Assembly: GCF_963921235.1 (NCBI RefSeq)
Contig: NC_086121.1
Location: forward strand, 41,788,001-41,852,000
Reading direction: 5' to 3'
Source of the DNA: Mobula hypostoma
Taxonomy: Eukaryota
DNA: 64,000 nucleotides
How positions within the stretch are numbered: position 1 is the stretch's first letter; every line of letters starts with the position of its first letter. The position numbers and the translations under genes were made by a program. Positions 59,575-64,000 of the stretch are shown in pieces. The notes beneath the pieces are model-generated. The model was not told the origin of the DNA, searched no databases, and saw only the letters and a list, made by a program, of their open reading frames with translations.

Positions 59575-62155
59575 AGTGGTAAGCATTTGGTCCATAATGA
59601 CTGACGAGGAAACTGGACCGGGCACCATGACCCGGAGAGTGAACCCAACCAGTCTCATACAGATGGGGGAGGTAACAATCACACACCCAGGTTACAGGTA
59701 GGGTGCCCACAAATACACAAGTGAATATCTGTATAACCCAAGCTAAAATGTAGCAATAAATGAACTGGAACTTCCCACCATAATCCCACAAAAGCATTTT
59801 AGCACAAGAACAATAAACAGTGTGGGTCATTAGAAATGCAAGGGTGGGTTGTCGACCACACATCCCTCAAGAGTGTCACATTGCCCCCACCTGAGGGGTC
59901 GGCCATCCTTGGCAACCCCAGACTCTATAACAAAGTCCAAAAGTCCTGGTGGGGGTCGGCGCTGCCTCCTGAGGCACTGGGTGATTCTAGAGCTCCCTGT
60001 AGGGAAGGCAATGTTCGTGTGAGGCAGGAGGCAGGGCACCCAGAGTGTCACTTCCTTCCTCAGCCTGGTGAGTCCATGGTGGCCAAGTGCGGATATGGTA
60101 CCAGCTGGTCCTGGTGCGGCATGACGGCCTTACCCTGCCCAGGTAACCGCACGTGATATGCCACACGGGAGGTGTGGTTGAGCACCTTTCCTGGCCCCTT
60201 CCAGTGGCTTCCCAGTCTTGTGGGGGGGGGAATAGTTCCTTCTTCCAAGAGGAGCAGCAGACCCATACTGGTGTCCCCACAGTGCACTGCTGCATTGGCG
60301 CCCGAGACTGGTGGCTCAGCCCCTTCTGGGACGTGCAAGTGTCACAGCAGTGCACGGACAGCTCCACGTCTTGCCTGTACCCAGGCCAGTAGAAGCTTTT
60401 GCACAGCTCGCCCAACGTCTTGGCAACTCCGAAGTGGCCAGCCCCCACCAGCCTGTGCACTGCCACAGCACCGTGGTGGGAAGCCCACAGGGGAACCACC
60501 AGCTGCAGATGTCTGTCACCATTGAACAAATGCGATCGCAGGAACAGCAGCCCGTCGCACACCTCTAGCTTTCCCCACTGCGAGATTCTCTGGATCCAAG
60601 ATGGCGACCTCTGCCCACTCCGGGCGTCATCCTGGAGCTGCACTGCCGGAGAGGAACAGCTTCAGTACCGAGGTGGTGTGTTGCCCCCGACACATCCACA
60701 CGGACCCCCCAGTGGGACAACAGGTCCAGGCCAATGATGCAGGACTCCTGGCTGTCAGCGAGCGACACCTTGTACTCCACTGTGTTTTTCCCCACTGCGA
60801 TGCTCAGTCACCTCTTCCCTCGCATCACTGCGCAGTCACCGGTGACCGTAGCCAGCTGGACCGCTGTTGTTGTCCACCCAGGCGGGGTTGGCTGGTCCAA
60901 GCAGGGGAGGACGCCAGGATGGAAGATAGTGATGGTTGACGCTGTGTCCACCAACGCACAGCATCCACCATGCAGTCCTTCACCTAAATGACCTGTCTGG
61001 AGGGGTGATAACGGAGGGAGTCTGCTGGAGGTTCGGTCTTCTCTGCCCACTTGGCGTTTCCTGATGCATGCACTGGGACGTGGCATGGGGTCGGTGCGGG
61101 GCAGTTCTGGGCCAAGTGACCTGCCTCACCACACTGGCAGCAGGGATGGTTTTCTGGCCTGTGGCGGGGTCGACGCGGAGCTGGTCGGACCCATCTCACA
61201 GGTTCCTCCTCGGCCTCGATGATACAAGCCCAGGCTTGCAGACTACGAGGTGATGCTGGAGCACATTGGGGGTCTAATGCTTCTGCCCTCTCCGCCTCGA
61301 CCAGCAGTGATGGTGGTGATGTTAGCCGAACATGCTGCCGAAGGCACTCTGGTGTCAGTGCCTTTATAAAGCAGTGGAGGGCAAGTTCTTCCTGGGCCAC
61401 GGGACGGACTGGGGGTAGAAATGCTGAGCACAGTGGCAGAGATCTGCTGCAAGCACCCCCAGGCTTTCTCCCATACGGTGCCATCTGCTGTCCAGTTTTG
61501 CCCTCATTACTTCCGCCAATGGCCTCTGCTCGAAATGCCGATATGAAGGCCCTGTAGTTGAGCTGCTCAACCAGCATTAGGTTGAGGAGGGTCTGCAAGG
61601 CATCCCCTTCCAGTGCCAGGGCAAGATTCACTTCCGTCTCGGTGGAGCTCCAACCGTTGTCCCACGCGGCAAGTTTGACTTGCACCAGGTAAGGCTCCAG
61701 GCAGCTGGTACCACTATAACGAGGGAGCTTCAGGGTAGATCTTGTGGCACTAATTGTCAAGGCCCTTTGCCTTCCTCATGTTTTGGTGGCATCTGCCATG
61801 GTGCCCGTCCTTCCATGGCTATGAATCCTTGGGTTCCCCAGTGCCGGTCGCAATGGAGGTGGGTGATGCGCTCTGCCGTGGCCCCGGGTTGGGGAGCCTG
61901 TGTGCTCTGTCCATTGGGACTCCCTTGGGAAGGCATGATGCTCAGTTCCCAGATCCTCCCTCCTGATCTCATCTTCATGAGCCCTGCCCAGGGGTGTGGG
62001 GGAGTCATGCTGCTCAGTCCCTTGACTTATTCCCCAGATCTTAAGACACTCTATCTGATGACTTAGCTCTTCAATCTCATCGTCAATTTCGCATCCCACT
62101 CCTGATACCAACGTGGTGAGCATTTGGTCCATGATGACAGACGAGGAAGCTCATT

Positions 62156-63380
62156 ACCTTTCTGCAGGGGCACAATTGAGAGCATCCTGACTGGCTGCAT
62201 CACTGTCTAGTATAAGAACTGTACCTCCCTTAATCGCAGGACTCTGTAGAGAGTGGTGCAGACAGCCCAGCGCATCTGCCGTTGTGAACTTCACATGATT
62301 CAGGACATTTACAAGGACAGGTGTGTAAAAAGGGCCTGTAGGATCATTAAAAACCCAAGTCAGCCCAACCACAATCTATTCCAGCTGCTACCATCCAGGA
62401 AGTGGTACCGCAGCATAAAAGCCAGGACCAACAGGCTCCGGGACAGCTTCTTCCATCAGGCCATCAGATTGATGAACTCGCGATGATCTGCGTGTACTCT
62501 ATATTACATTGACTGATCTATTTATTATAAATTATTACATATAAAATCTTGGCAGTGTGGAAGATCAGAGGGATCTTGGGGTCCGAGTCCATAGGACACT
62601 CAGAGCTGCTGAGCAGATTGACTCTATGGTTAAGAAGGCATACAGTGCATTGGCCTTCATCAATCATGGGATTGGATTTAGGAGCTGAGGGGTAATGTTG
62701 CAGCTATATAGGACCCTGGTCAACCCCACTTGGAGTATTGTGCTCAGTTCTGGTCGCCTCACTATAGGAAGGATGTGGAAGCCATAGAAAGGGTGCAGAG
62801 GAGATTTACAAGGATGTTGCCTGGATTGGGGAGCATGCCTTACAAGAATAGATTGAGTGAACTTGGCCTTTTTTCCTTGGAGCGATGGAGGATGAGAGGT
62901 CTATAAGATGATGAGAGTCATTGATCGTGTGGATATTCATAGGCTTTTTGTCAGGGCTGAAATGGCTAGCATGAGAGGGCACAGTTTTAAGGTGCCTGGA
63001 AGTAGGTACAGAGGAGACGTCAGGGGTAAGCTTTTTACGCAGAGAGTGGTGAGTGTGTGGAATGGACTGCTGGTGATGGTGGTGGAGGTGGATACAATAG
63101 GGTCTTTTAAGAGACTCCTGGACAGGTACACGGAGCTCAGAAAAATAGAGGGCTATGGGTAACCCTAGGTAATTTCTAAGGTAAGGACATGTTTGGCACA
63201 GCTTTGTGGGTCAAACGGCCTGTATTGTGCTGTAGGTTTTCAATGTTTTTTCTATGTTTCTATTACAAATTACAATGATTGCACATGGCACATTTAGATG
63301 GCGATGTACATAAAGATTTTTACTCCTCACGTATATGAAGGATGTAAGAAATAAAGTCAATTCAATTCAACTCAATTGAA
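62156..63380 (+). mobile_element. Rex1 3' fragment inserted in the Gypsy LTR, itself split by CR1
   Basis: LFQLLPSRKWYRSIKARTNRLRDSFF (ORF 62253); tail aataaagtcaattcaattcaa at 63350-63380. Confidence 0.85.
62535..63260 (+). mobile_element. CR1 3' fragment
   Basis: RGHSFKV..RYRGDVRGKLFTQRVVSVWN; tttctatgtttc tail; flanked by tattataaatta / tattacaaatta. Confidence 0.88.
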
Positions 63381-63529
63381 CTCAACTCAAAAATTTTATT
63401 GTGATAGACACAAAACAGACAAGGCACCATGACCTGGAGAGTGAACCCAACCAGTCTCATACAGACAGGGGAGGTGGCCATCATACACCCTGGTTACGGT
63501 CAGGGTGACCCACAAATATACAACTGTAT

Positions 63530-63936
63530 CCTTCTTCCTTCCTTGCGCCCCTAACTCCTGGTGGAGTCATCAGGGTGTCGGCATGACAAGCTTTGCACCA
63601 GTCTGTTCCACCTGTTGCGGTTGTATGCCAGAGCCTGGGTCACCGCAAATGTTTTCCGTCCATCATTTAATGTTGTCCGTCCATCTTTTCCTCTGTCGAC
63701 CTCTCCTTCTTTTCCCCTCCAACAGTTCCTTGTAGAACGGTCTTTGCAAGGCCACTGGATCTTGTTATGTGGCCGCACCATCTCAGCTTTCTTTTCTTCA
63801 CCGTTGTGAGAAGGTCTTCATGGGGGCCAATGTGGTGCTGGATGGTCTTGTGGTCCTGCTCGTGTGTGATGTGGTCCAAGTATGAGATGCCCAAGATGTT
63901 GCGACAGCATCTCATTTCCAATGCCTGTATCTTCCT
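63530..63936 (-). mobile_element. RTE-clade 3' fragment (second family)
   Basis: KIQALEMRCCRNILGISYLDHIT..VKKRKLRWCGHITRSSGLAKTVLQGTV; candidate TSD ctgtat at 63524-63529 and 63937-63942. Confidence 0.85.
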
Positions 63937-64000
63937 CTGTATAACCCAAGCTAAAATGTAACAATAAATGACCTGGTACTTCCCACCATAATCCCACAAA

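Larger units (their letters stand above)
59575..64000 (-). mobile_element. Internally deleted Ty3/Gypsy provirus, copy 2 (5' LTR runs off the window end)
   Basis: 3' LTR 59575-59880 preceded on the minus strand by PPT AGGTGGGGGCAA|TGTGACAC; gag LKLPRYSG..CCQCGEAGHLAQNC; protease ALVDTASTITI and CIIGLDLL; integrase His/Cys region GHFGVAKT..FYWPG..CDTC; PBS 62093-62110; 5' LTR in pieces 62112-62155, 63381-63529, 63937-64000. Confidence 0.9.

Overview
This is eukaryotic, vertebrate-type genomic DNA with no recognisable host protein-coding exon, rRNA, tRNA gene or CRISPR array. The repeat mix (many CR1 LINEs, V-domain SINEs of the shark HE1 type, Rex1/Babar LINEs, Penelope-like elements) suggests a cartilaginous fish; that assignment is inference. 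Most of the window is decayed and often nested transposable elements: CR1, Rex1/Babar and two RTE families, a Penelope-like GIY-YIG element with scattered pseudo-LTR pieces, two defective Ty3/Gypsy proviruses with a tRNA-Leu primer site, a probable solo LTR, a Charlie/Buster hAT transposase fossil and MITEs. There are also two N gaps, mini/microsatellites and several TE-free islands that may be regulatory. The most notable signals are: (1) an intact-core minimal hammerhead ribozyme in the Penelope pLTR, plus a series of dead copies; (2) short pLTR insertions arranged as inverted hairpins, two with target-site duplications (TSDs); (3) a non-coding family with an AAGATGG head and a Rex1-type tail; (4) a CpG-rich RTE with a perfect 19-bp TSD; (5) a multi-layer nested insertion in a Gypsy LTR; (6) a nuclear-receptor DR1 cluster. 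Boundaries of old repeats are approximate, read by eye without alignment tools.
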